This document shows positions 1 to 8,982 of a stretch of DNA of 64,000 bases, piece after piece. Origin of the DNA: Candidatus Latescibacterota bacterium (GTDB lineage: Bacteria; Latescibacterota; UBA2968); contig OZ242320.1 of NCBI GenBank assembly GCA_965208125.1, forward strand, positions 4,448,001-4,512,000, in the 5' to 3' direction. Both the position numbers and the translations under genes were made by a program. Numbering within the stretch: the first letter of the stretch is position 1; each line of letters starts with the position of its first letter. The notes under the pieces were generated by a model, which had not been told where the DNA came from, did not search any database, and was given only the letters and a program-made list of their open reading frames with translations.

Positions 1-253
1 AGATCTCTACCTTACGTTCCCTAAAATGCGCTTCGACTGCCTGTTTCCGCTCAAGATACTTACCTATTGTAACAGTGAGAGTTGCACCGAGTACTGTGGT
101 GAATGCAGCCACTATCCCAACAGCGAGTTTTGTGTCAACTGATACGAGGGCATCCCATATTGAGGAGATAATCCAATATATACCCCAGATCAAGGCACCG
201 ACTACAGCAAGTGCTAAAAGGATACTCGCGGTTTTTTTGATAAATGACTTCAT
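1..253 (-). CDS. Hypothetical membrane protein (partial, runs off the window edge)
   Basis: Not in the ORF track. Manual translation from ATG at 253 gives MKSFIKKTASILLALAVVGALIWGIYWIISSIWDALVSVDTKLAVGIVAAFTTVLGATLTVTIGKYLERKQAVEAHFRERKVEI..., open to base 1. It has two hydrophobic segments and an AGGA-like RBS upstream. Confidence 0.7.
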   Translation of the reverse strand, partial: MKSFIKKTASILLALAVVGALIWGIYWIISSIWDALVSVDTKLAVGIVAAFTTVLGATLTVTIGKYLERKQAVEAHFRERKVEI

Positions 254-286
254 TGCCCTGTTTCCTACATATTGTTATGCGATTAT

Positions 287-1009
287 TTATTTTGCCGATC
301 TATTTTGTGTGAGCTTCGACAACACCTCGTGAAGGAGAATTTCAAACTGGGGTTTGTAAGGTTCAATTTGGGATTTTGAGGGATAAATGTCCAACTTGGC
401 AATGGTCCTATGAGCATGGAGATCGCTGATTTTGCGTAATCCTTCTTGTAGATGTATGAAACTTTCTTTGAGGCTACGTCCGCTGTGTGCAAGCACTTGG
501 CCAAAGGTTGTATGCCCCAAAATGGGTGGCACATAATTGAGGACAGCACGCATAGTTAATGCCGTAGCCACGATGTTGCCGTGCGAAAAACATGAATTGA
601 TCTCTTTGCACAGTTGGACCAGAAATGTGGTATCAAAATTTGATGACGACACTTCTTGAAGTTGATCGATTACTACTGGCTGAATAATTTGGTTGGGAGT
701 TGCTACACTAAGTGCATCGCTATTGACATGATTCAGCGCGGTTTCAATGTCTATGAGGAGGACTTCAAGTTCTGCATGGGCCTCATAGACGGAAAAAATA
801 TTATCGATTTCAACATCAAGGTTATTGAGCCGTTCCCTTTCGGGTTCTGGAAGTAGCGGAGATGCCAACCTTTGGAGTTGGATTACAAGATGGCGAAACC
901 CAATGCAAACCGCTGTTTGCCTATCGAGGTCATCACCAGGTCCACAAAATCTAAAAGCCCGCGTATCTTCAATAATTTCAAAAATGCGTTCAATTTTAGT
1001 CGTGGGCAT
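287..1009 (-). CDS. Hypothetical protein with possible C-terminal HEPN/DUF4145-like domain
   Basis: 240 aa ORF. 'INSCFSHGNIVATALTMRAVL' helix and an R-x5-H motif (RKISDLH) resemble HEPN-like nucleases. Confidence 0.5.
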   Translation of the reverse strand: MPTTKIERIFEIIEDTRAFRFCGPGDDLDRQTAVCIGFRHLVIQLQRLASPLLPEPERERLNNLDVEIDNIFSVYEAHAELEVLLIDIETALNHVNSDALSVATPNQIIQPVVIDQLQEVSSSNFDTTFLVQLCKEINSCFSHGNIVATALTMRAVLNYVPPILGHTTFGQVLAHSGRSLKESFIHLQEGLRKISDLHAHRTIAKLDIYPSKSQIEPYKPQFEILLHEVLSKLTQNRSAK

Positions 1010-1069
1010 TTTCCTATTGTCCAGAGCTTAATGTAAATAGAGATAACATTTGTCGGTTTCCAATGATCT

Positions 1070-1579
1070 CTATTTTTTTTCTCCCAAGTAAGCATCAGGT
1101 TCGTTATCCGGTTCCCAGGCTTTCAGAGCTTCGTCTGTGGTCCAGATATGCACTGGCGAACCCCGTCTCTGATATCTTTCGCGCTTGAGCCTGTGGGCCT
1201 CGTCAATTAAGGTACTGTCGCTTAAATCAATGTCCTGGATGACGTGATTATTGACAAAGCTCACGATCAAGTTTTTGAAGGTATCGGGTTGTTGGGAGGG
1301 GATGATCGTCCACGGCATTCCATCGTTGAGGCTCGATAGAACGGTATCTCGCACCTGTTCTGCCAATGACCGACGTACGTTGCCGTTAGGGACATCAGAG
1401 ATGTGATTCGCTAATTCGTATATGGATGGGACAGTGACGTACAGCCGTGCTTTATTCTCGACAGCGGAGGTAAGGAGGCTTTTTATCTTATCTTGTGCTT
1501 TTGGGTTAGTGCACTTGGGAACTGCAAATATCTCCAGCAAATAACTCGTATCAATCACATACACTCGCGGCGAGTTCAT
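1070..1579 (-). CDS. PIN-domain protein (putative ribonuclease)
   Basis: N-terminal VIDTSYL, E in 'PSIYEL', 'LSDS' and 'WTTDEAL' give the PIN acidic tetrad pattern. Start overlaps the ATPase stop by 4 nt (ATGA). Confidence 0.7.
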   Translation of the reverse strand: MNSPRVYVIDTSYLLEIFAVPKCTNPKAQDKIKSLLTSAVENKARLYVTVPSIYELANHISDVPNGNVRRSLAEQVRDTVLSSLNDGMPWTIIPSQQPDTFKNLIVSFVNNHVIQDIDLSDSTLIDEAHRLKRERYQRRGSPVHIWTTDEALKAWEPDNEPDAYLGEKK

Positions 1580-2859
1580 GGTAGAGCCTCAACCCACTCT
1601 CGCATCTTTTGGTGATGCTGTTTCTCGAACTCGGGCGCGAGATATTGCTCAATGACACGGCGTGATACGAGATCTCCTAACTGTCCACGCTCGAGCAATT
1701 CATCGGATCTCGGTAAGCTGTCCAAAGCAACAAGATCGGCGGCTTGCTTTTCCTCGCTCCAGGTACAAAGAACGACCCCTTTCATCTGCTCGGCAGTCAA
1801 ATTGTTCATGGTAGCGGGATTATGCGTCGTGACCAGCACGCGCAGGTCCCGGCGTTCAATCGCATCCGCTATTGCAGAGGTCAGAACGCCTACGCGACTT
1901 GGATGCAGGCCATTATCAAACTCTTCCACAATAATATGCGAACCTTGCTGGACGGTCTCCAGAGCCGTCAGAATAGCGAGCATTCGCAAGGTGCCATCAG
2001 ACAATGAACGGGCATCGGCTGTATAACCCGTTTTTTCGCGTAACCTAAAAATCACGTCGCCGAGATCTGTTGCTGTAAAGCTAAACTCTTCATAAGGCTC
2101 GTCCGGAAGCTGACTTATTTGCGAAAGCAACCGATCTAAAGATGCCCGCTGAGTCTCGTTTCCATCGGTAAGCGAGTAAAGCACTGCCGATAGATTTGCT
2201 CCATCTTTAGAGAGAATATTGTTCCCGATCCGCTCGTAGCCGTGCATCAATTTTGGATTTGGATCGAAGACAAATGAGGCTTGCAAGTGGCGCATGACTG
2301 CTCGCACCAGCCGATTGCATTCTTTGATGTTGCGATTTTTCTGTGCGATTTCTCGATACTGAGATAGGACGGAACGCTCTGATGAGGCCGCTGTTTGGGG
2401 ATTCTTTCCGCCGCGGGCAAAGTTGTCATATTTCACCGCTAAGTCACGAGATGGTGATTCAGGGTTCTTGGGCAGTGTTTCGTAGATTATACGGCCATCG
2501 AATCTCAACTCCTCTTTCAGTATCTGAGGGTGTGGTTGAGTACAAATATGTAGTGAGTAGATGACTGGTTTGTATGCACCACGGCCAAGCCTTAAAGTAG
2601 CCTCAAACTCTAATGAGAATATGTCTTGACCCGTGCGACCACAAGCCTGAAGACCGCCGCGGATCTGGAGGCCAGTTTCGGTGCGACCAACATCAGCAAT
2701 CTCATAGAGGGGTTGACCTCGTGAGACAAAGGAAAGCAACTCGATTGCTTCAATGACGTTCGTCTTGCCCGATCCGTTTGGGCCGATCAGCAGTGTGAAC
2801 GGGTGCAGCAGTTCAATACTGACGTCTTTGAATCCTTTGAAGTTCTTGAAGTAGTGCAT
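1576..2859 (-). CDS. AAA_21/AbiEii-like ABC-type ATPase
   Basis: FKNFKGF N-terminus, Walker A GPNGSGKT, signature LSDGT, Walker B/D-loop IVEEFDNGLHP, switch TTHNP. ATG at 2859 preferred over TTG at 2883. Confidence 0.85.
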   Translation of the reverse strand: MHYFKNFKGFKDVSIELLHPFTLLIGPNGSGKTNVIEAIELLSFVSRGQPLYEIADVGRTETGLQIRGGLQACGRTGQDIFSLEFEATLRLGRGAYKPVIYSLHICTQPHPQILKEELRFDGRIIYETLPKNPESPSRDLAVKYDNFARGGKNPQTAASSERSVLSQYREIAQKNRNIKECNRLVRAVMRHLQASFVFDPNPKLMHGYERIGNNILSKDGANLSAVLYSLTDGNETQRASLDRLLSQISQLPDEPYEEFSFTATDLGDVIFRLREKTGYTADARSLSDGTLRMLAILTALETVQQGSHIIVEEFDNGLHPSRVGVLTSAIADAIERRDLRVLVTTHNPATMNNLTAEQMKGVVLCTWSEEKQAADLVALDSLPRSDELLERGQLGDLVSRRVIEQYLAPEFEKQHHQKMREWVEALP

Positions 2860-2879
2860 TGGGAAGCCTTTTGGTCCGC

Positions 2880-4805
2880 TCAATATTCAACGGGTTCTCG
2901 CGCAACAACGCGCTGGGCGGTTGCTGCTATTGCTTCGGGTGAGATGCCCGCTTCGTCGCGCAGCGCGCCTTGTGAGCCGTGTTGGAAAAAGCGATCGGGA
3001 ATGCCCAGGGTGTGTACGCGCTGGCCCTCTCGCATCTGGTCGCTCAAGTAACGCGCAACGCCCGATCCAAACCCGCCTTCAATGGTGTTTTCTTCAACGG
3101 TGATCAGTACCTGATAGCGGTCGGCCAGATTGTCGAGCATTTCCAGATCCATGGGTTTGACAAATCGGCAATTGATTACAGCGGCAGAAATGCCGGCTTC
3201 CATGAGTTTTTCTCGCGCCTGGCAGGCGTGATCTACCATTGTGCCCACTGCGAGGAAAACCAGATCCTCACCATCGGCCAATGCTTCCCAGGAACCGATT
3301 TTCAAGACTTCGGGAGCGCGCCCTGTAAGCGGTGTATGCACGTTGCCGCGGGGATACCGAATGGCAAAGGGGTTATCGACTTGCTGCACCGCCGTGTATA
3401 ACAAATCGCGCAATTCGTCGCCGTCTTTTGGCGCGCTTACAATCATATTGGGCACGCAGGTTAAATAGGACAGATCAAAATCGCCGTGATGCGTGGGGCC
3501 ATCTGCACCCACCAGTCCGGCGCGGTCCATACAGAAAATCACCGGTGCCGATTGCAGGGCGACATCGTGGATGATCTGGTCGTAAGCCCGTTGTAAAAAT
3601 GTGGAATAAATCGCTGCGACGGGGCGCATGCCTTCAAGTGCCATTCCGGTTGAAAATGTCACGGCGTGCTGTTCGGCAATGCCCACATCAAAAAAGCGGT
3701 CGGGATGCGCTTCGGAAAAAATGTCCAGACTCGTGCCTTCGGACATTGCGGCTGTCACGCCTACAATGCGGCTGTCATTATTGGCAAGCTCAATCATTGC
3801 TTCGCCAAAAACCGTCTGATATTTGGGCAGTGGGGTTTTGGGGGATGGCGGGCTGATCGAATGATATTTTATCGAAGCGGCACCATACGGATCTTCCTCA
3901 TCTTCTTGAATTGCGCCCTTGCCCTTAATGGTGTGTACGTGCAATAGCACAGGACCCTTCAGATCCCGCACATTCTTCAGGGTTTTTACCATCTCTTCCA
4001 GATTATTGCCGTCCAGAGGTCCCAGGTACAAAAATCCCAGTTCTTCAAAAAGAATGCCCGGTACCAGCAGGCCCTTTAACCCTTCTTCGAACCCACTCAG
4101 CGCGCGGCGTAGATTTTCGCCTACGACGGGAATGCGCCCGGCCAAATTCCAGACTTCTCTTTTGATTTTTTTGTAAAGCGGATCATTTGTGATCCGATCT
4201 CTCACGCGATTGTAAATCGGATCGGTGATAATGCGCGTCAAATAATGCGAAATAGCGCCGACATTGGGCGAGATTGACATGCGATTGTCATTGAGAATGA
4301 CGAGCAGGTCGCGATTGGATGCACCGGCATTGTTCAATCCTTCAAGCGCGATCCCACTCGTTATAGCACCGTCGCCAATAACGGCGACTACTTTGTGCTT
4401 TTCGCCCATCAAATCGCGCTGTGTCGCAAATCCCAGTGCTGCGGAGATCGATGTGCCCGCATGTCCTACGGCAAATGTGTCGTACGGACTCTCTGATCGC
4501 ATCGGGAACCCACTGATGCCGCCCGGCTGGCGAATGGTTTTGAGTGCTTCGCGCCGCCCGGTAAGTACTTTGTGCCCGTACGCCTGATGCCCCACATCCC
4601 ACACAATTTTGTCCTGAGGCGTGTTGTATAGATGGTGCAGAGCCACCGTCAATTCCGCCGCCCCCAGGCTGGATCCAAAATGTCCACCAATCTCAGTCAC
4701 TACGTCAATGATATATTGCCGCAATTCCGCACAGACCTGGTGCAATTCTTCTATTGACAGGGACTTTAAGTCGTCAGGTGAATTGATTGTTTCGAGAAGG
4801 GACAT
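2880..4805 (-). CDS. dxs: 1-deoxy-D-xylulose-5-phosphate synthase
   Basis: GGHFGSSLG, WDVGHQAYGHK, GDGA...LNDN TPP motif, IAEQHA, DRAGLVGADGPTHHG. Confidence 0.98.
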   Translation of the reverse strand: MSLLETINSPDDLKSLSIEELHQVCAELRQYIIDVVTEIGGHFGSSLGAAELTVALHHLYNTPQDKIVWDVGHQAYGHKVLTGRREALKTIRQPGGISGFPMRSESPYDTFAVGHAGTSISAALGFATQRDLMGEKHKVVAVIGDGAITSGIALEGLNNAGASNRDLLVILNDNRMSISPNVGAISHYLTRIITDPIYNRVRDRITNDPLYKKIKREVWNLAGRIPVVGENLRRALSGFEEGLKGLLVPGILFEELGFLYLGPLDGNNLEEMVKTLKNVRDLKGPVLLHVHTIKGKGAIQEDEEDPYGAASIKYHSISPPSPKTPLPKYQTVFGEAMIELANNDSRIVGVTAAMSEGTSLDIFSEAHPDRFFDVGIAEQHAVTFSTGMALEGMRPVAAIYSTFLQRAYDQIIHDVALQSAPVIFCMDRAGLVGADGPTHHGDFDLSYLTCVPNMIVSAPKDGDELRDLLYTAVQQVDNPFAIRYPRGNVHTPLTGRAPEVLKIGSWEALADGEDLVFLAVGTMVDHACQAREKLMEAGISAAVINCRFVKPMDLEMLDNLADRYQVLITVEENTIEGGFGSGVARYLSDQMREGQRVHTLGIPDRFFQHGSQGALRDEAGISPEAIAATAQRVVAREPVEY

Positions 4806-4910
4806 GATGTCTCTCCTTGTGACAGGGTCAGTAATGCTGTCCGCAATATAGGTTTAATATAAGCAACACTTGAAAAATCACAAAGTTCTAAAAGATAAAC
4901 CATAAACACA

Positions 4911-4947
4911 AAATCGGGCATGCCGAGTCATTCGATATGCCCGATTT
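4911..4947 (-). terminator. Rho-independent terminator after the SDR gene
   Basis: Inverted repeat AAATCGGGCAT / ATGCCCGATTT, followed on the minus strand by a T-rich tract. Confidence 0.75.
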
Positions 4948-4961
4948 CATTGTGCGATGGC

Positions 4962-5741
4962 TCAAAAAGCCGTGGGTCTTCCCTGCGCGCCATCTACGGG
5001 AATGGATGCGCCGTTGATCCAACTCGCGCGATCGGATGAGAGAAATACGACGACATCGGCGACTTCAAAGTCCGTGCCGAGTCGCTGTGCGGGAAATTCG
5101 CGCGTGCGGAATATCTCGTATTCTTCCGGCGTTTCGTTTTGGAAGCGTTCCCAGCCGCCGCCTGAGAAAAGGAGCGAGCCTGGGCAGACGGTGTTGACGC
5201 GGATGTTGTGGTCTGCCAGTTCCCACGCGAGCGCGCCAGCGAGAAATATTTCAGCCGCTTTGGTCGCGCCGTATTGCGCGCCCCTGTTTGCGGGTTTCCA
5301 ACCGGATATGGAAGAGATGGTGACGATACTGCCGCCATTTCTTTTTGTCATGTGGGGAACAGCTTCGCGGCTGGCGCGAACCGCGTGAAAGAGGTTGAGG
5401 TCAAAGGTTTGCTGCCAATCGGCGTCTGTGGAGGTGAGCAGTTCGCGCGATCCGGCTGTGCCGCCCACGTTGTTGACGAGGATATCAACGCCGCCGAGTG
5501 CATCTGCGGCTGTATTGACAAATCGCTCGGTTTCGCCGGGTTCGGCTACATCGAGCGCGAGTCCAAATACCTCGACGTCGTGTGCGCGAATTTCGTCGAG
5601 TGTTTTGTCTATGCCTGCTTGCCCGCGCGCGCACAGGGCGATGTTGCAACCTTCTGCGGCAAATCGCAATGCGGTTGCGCGACCAATACCGCGGCTGCCC
5701 CCGGTGATGAGGGCGATTTTATTGGTGAGATTGAGGTCCAT
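4962..5741 (-). CDS. Short-chain dehydrogenase/reductase (FabG-like)
   Basis: TGGSRGIG, NNVG, YGATK (YxxxK), NTVCPG, VDG. ATG at 5741 has a GAAGGA RBS. Confidence 0.93.
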   Translation of the reverse strand: MDLNLTNKIALITGGSRGIGRATALRFAAEGCNIALCARGQAGIDKTLDEIRAHDVEVFGLALDVAEPGETERFVNTAADALGGVDILVNNVGGTAGSRELLTSTDADWQQTFDLNLFHAVRASREAVPHMTKRNGGSIVTISSISGWKPANRGAQYGATKAAEIFLAGALAWELADHNIRVNTVCPGSLLFSGGGWERFQNETPEEYEIFRTREFPAQRLGTDFEVADVVVFLSSDRASWINGASIPVDGAQGRPTAF

Positions 5742-5752
5742 GATCAAATCCT

Positions 5753-6922
5753 TCAATCCTGTTCAACCTGCGGTGGGTGGGCGAAGTCGTGATACCGCTC
5801 GCGGATATTGCCATCGGTGGCGTCGCCTTTGTGAAAATAATAGCGATAAATACCGACGAGCGACTCGCCCTGCGAGAGTGTGTGATGCCCGCGGCGACTT
5901 TCATCGCCGTAAAAATACGAGTGTCCAAAAGGATTGGCTGTCATCAACCCGTAATTGCGTACGTGCCAGTGCGTGGGATGCCGGAAGCTGTCGGGGTGAT
6001 CCATGATGGCAACGCCTGTTATATTGCCGTTTACTGGACCTGAATAATGGCACCACGGCGCGCGTTTTCCCCAGGTCTCGTCTTCATCGATGCCGCCAAT
6101 GCCGTTCTCGATTTTGCCGCCGAGGTCGCGCTTGACTTCCATTGACTCTTCTACGCGAATAGACGCCAGACCGCCTTCTTTTGTGTCGCCGAATAACACA
6201 TCCATATTTTGGGCGGTGAGCGTGAGGCGCAAATCCATGATTCGTATGGAAGAGGGCGTGTTGTACACAATCCACTCGGCACGCTGATCCAAAATCTCAC
6301 GATTTCTACCCGGAGGTCCTGTCCAACCATCCATGCCGACCCAGTCGCTATTTGATACAATTCGCCCCAATACGGGTCCGCTTTCGAGCAATTCAAAGTC
6401 CCGATGCAAAATGCGCCCGTGAGATTCGCCTTCTGACCAGTTGTCCGCGCCGTTCACTTCTCCGTGTGCAATCCAGATTGAACGATGGTGATGGTGATCC
6501 ATTTCCCGTCCGTCTGCCGGTGTAGCCAATCGCCGCGTTACCGGATCGCCATAAGGCCCGATGACGGGATACAAAAGTGGTCGCGCGAGTTCTTTGCCAT
6601 AGCAATAGGTCGTAAAATGCTGGCCGCCAATCGAGACAGAGACTTCACTTTCCCCTTGTGATACTTCCACACCGCGTCCAGAGTCCGCTGGTTCTTTTCC
6701 TATTGCGAGTTCGTACTCAGCGGTTTGTCCCGCTTCGAGATTATCGACAATGAAATTGACCTGCAAACCGTCGCTTAGGGGCGTTACCTGACAGGGAACT
6801 TCTGCATTTTCCGTGCTCAAGGTTGCCGTTGTCGCGCTTTCTGGTATTTCGACCACCGCCGAAACCGGACAGTTGATCCGATTGTGAGGGCCTGCGTGAA
6901 CGGTCAGTTTTACTGTTGCCAT
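5753..6922 (-). CDS. DUF6807 / 'PmoA family' (PF14100-like) protein
   Basis: RPLLYPV, DHHHHRSIW, GDTKEGG, WHVRNYGLM motifs typical of this family. ATG at 6922 has a GGAGG RBS. Confidence 0.75.
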   Translation of the reverse strand: MATVKLTVHAGPHNRINCPVSAVVEIPESATTATLSTENAEVPCQVTPLSDGLQVNFIVDNLEAGQTAEYELAIGKEPADSGRGVEVSQGESEVSVSIGGQHFTTYCYGKELARPLLYPVIGPYGDPVTRRLATPADGREMDHHHHRSIWIAHGEVNGADNWSEGESHGRILHRDFELLESGPVLGRIVSNSDWVGMDGWTGPPGRNREILDQRAEWIVYNTPSSIRIMDLRLTLTAQNMDVLFGDTKEGGLASIRVEESMEVKRDLGGKIENGIGGIDEDETWGKRAPWCHYSGPVNGNITGVAIMDHPDSFRHPTHWHVRNYGLMTANPFGHSYFYGDESRRGHHTLSQGESLVGIYRYYFHKGDATDGNIRERYHDFAHPPQVEQD

Positions 6923-7012
6923 TGTTATCCTCCGTAATAGTGATATAAGAATATATGTCGCGTATGAGGTTACGAAATCCATTGCCAAAGTCAAGCCTTT
7001 CGCACAAAGCCG

Positions 7013-7041
7013 TTGACATCCCCCAGGGGGGCAATTATCAT
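7013..7041 (+). promoter_or_regulatory. Sigma70-type promoter
   Basis: TTGACA (7013-7018), 17 bp spacer, TATCAT (7036-7041), upstream of the epimerase operon. Confidence 0.75.
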
Positions 7042-7084
7042 AAGGCCGAAAAATTGTCATTATTTATTTTATCTGGAGATCAAT

Positions 7085-8011
7085 ATGTCCATTCTCGTTA
7101 CCGGAGGCTCTGGCTTTGTCGGTTCTTGGGTCGCCAAACTCCTCGCCGAAGAGGGCGAAGACGTCATCGCTTTTGATATGTTTGAACGGCACGACGATTT
7201 TTTGTCCCAGGTGTCTGATCGCATCACCTTTGTTGAAGGCAATATCCTGGGCTTCGCACATATTAATGAGATTGTGTGCAATAACCCGGACCTCACGGGT
7301 ATTGTTCACACGGCCGCGCTTTTGGGAGGAGATGTGCGCGACAATCCCCATTTTGCGACACAGGTCAATGTGGGGGGGACGCACAACATCCTCGAAGTTG
7401 CGCGACAGGCTGGCAGTCTGAAGGTGGTATATGTATCCAGCGGCGCGGTTTATGGCAAGCAAGACGGACCGCTGACTGAAGACACCCCCATGATTCCCAG
7501 CGATCCCTATGGCGCGACCAAGGCTATGTCAGAACATCTCTGCCACCAGTATTATGCGACTTATGGCGTTGATGTTCTATGTGCTCGCCTCTTTTTTTTA
7601 TATGGTCCTCCCAATGCACCTGGTCCGGACGCGGGTTTTAATACGCGCATTTTTGCCGGGCTAAGTGGACAGGATGTAAGCCTGCCCAAAGGCCGCGATC
7701 AAAAGGCGGATTGGACTTATATCGAAGATGCAGCACGGGGTGTTTTGCTCATGCTCAGGGCGACAAATGCCGCCAGTCGATCTTTTAATATAGCGACGGG
7801 CACGTACAATCCCATTGACGAAATTATCGAAGTCGTGCGGCGGCATTCGCCGGGCAATCCCCGGTATGAGGTTGGACCGGGCGTCAACCTCGAGCGCGGC
7901 GCGCCACTCGATATTACCCTTGCCCGAGACCAGCTCGGTTACGAGCCTAAATACGATCTCGAATCCGGCGTGCGGGCTTACCGCGCCTGGTTTGATCAAC
8001 GGAGTGTGTAA
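7085..8011 (+). CDS. NAD-dependent epimerase/dehydratase (extended SDR)
   Basis: VTGGSGFVG, SSGAVYG, YGATK. ATG at 7085 follows GGAGA. Confidence 0.92.
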   Translation: MSILVTGGSGFVGSWVAKLLAEEGEDVIAFDMFERHDDFLSQVSDRITFVEGNILGFAHINEIVCNNPDLTGIVHTAALLGGDVRDNPHFATQVNVGGTHNILEVARQAGSLKVVYVSSGAVYGKQDGPLTEDTPMIPSDPYGATKAMSEHLCHQYYATYGVDVLCARLFFLYGPPNAPGPDAGFNTRIFAGLSGQDVSLPKGRDQKADWTYIEDAARGVLLMLRATNAASRSFNIATGTYNPIDEIIEVVRRHSPGNPRYEVGPGVNLERGAPLDITLARDQLGYEPKYDLESGVRAYRAWFDQRSV

Positions 8012-8027
8012 ATAACAGGAGAAGACG

Positions 8028-8966
8028 ATGTCAAATAAAACGCTTCGCTATTTAGACGATGGCAGTATTGAACTGTTTGAACAGGTGGTGTCCGATCCCG
8101 GTGAGAACGAAGTGCAAATTGAAGGCGGCGCGTGTGGGATATGTTCGTGGGATGTGGTTACGGCTAAGCTCGGCAATCAGATGTACCCGATGGCACCACC
8201 GGGACACGAAGGCGTTGGTTATATCGCCAAAATAGGTGCTGGTGTTACGGATTTCAAAGAGGGCGATCGGGTTGCTGGCGGTGGTTTTGCCAATGTTCGC
8301 AACTTATCCGCTCAGCGCGTTTTCAAAATTCCAGAATCCGATTTGCCGGATGAATACTGGATTGTCGAACCCGTGTCCTGTGCTGTTACGGGTATTGACC
8401 ATTGCCAGATTCAGCCCGGGAATCGCATTGTGGTCGTCGGCTGTGGATTTATGGGCTTGCTGATTTTGCAAGGGCTTCTGCGCTATCCGCTCGACGAGTT
8501 GATCGTTCTGGATATTGTTCAAAGCCGTCTGGATTTGGCACAACAACTCGGCGTTGGCGAGGTGTATAATACGGCTGAGGTTGATCTTTCTGATCTATCG
8601 TGGGAACTCAAGAGCAGAGAGATTGACGTGGTTGTCGATACTTCTGGCAGCCAGGCCGGTCTGGATCTATCTACCGATATTGTGAAACGGGGCGGGCGCA
8701 TCAATCTCTTTGGCTGGCTCAAAGGGCAGACCGCCTCTTTTGACCCCACAAAGTGGCATTTGGGGGGATTCACCGTTGTCAATTCCGCGCCGGCTTCAAA
8801 ATTGCGAGATACTTTTGGCCCTGCAATTCGCCTCATTCACAAAGGTATTATTGATCTCAAACCGCTGGTGACACATACGGCAGCGCTCGAAGATTATCCG
8901 TCTTTGATGGCGCAAATTTTGGCGGGTGATGAGAGCTATATCAAAGGGGTTGTGACACTGAAATAG
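8028..8966 (+). CDS. Zinc-binding alcohol dehydrogenase (MDR family)
   Basis: CGICSWD, GHEGVG, EP, GCGFMG. Lacks the structural Zn Cys cluster. Confidence 0.9.
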   Translation: MSNKTLRYLDDGSIELFEQVVSDPGENEVQIEGGACGICSWDVVTAKLGNQMYPMAPPGHEGVGYIAKIGAGVTDFKEGDRVAGGGFANVRNLSAQRVFKIPESDLPDEYWIVEPVSCAVTGIDHCQIQPGNRIVVVGCGFMGLLILQGLLRYPLDELIVLDIVQSRLDLAQQLGVGEVYNTAEVDLSDLSWELKSREIDVVVDTSGSQAGLDLSTDIVKRGGRINLFGWLKGQTASFDPTKWHLGGFTVVNSAPASKLRDTFGPAIRLIHKGIIDLKPLVTHTAALEDYPSLMAQILAGDESYIKGVVTLK

Positions 8967-8982
8967 AATATGGGATGAGATT

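Noticed and set aside
5753-6922. Methane monooxygenase PmoA
   Set aside because: The Pfam name 'PmoA' for this family is misleading. The protein is soluble, has no TM helices and has no pmoB/pmoC neighbours.
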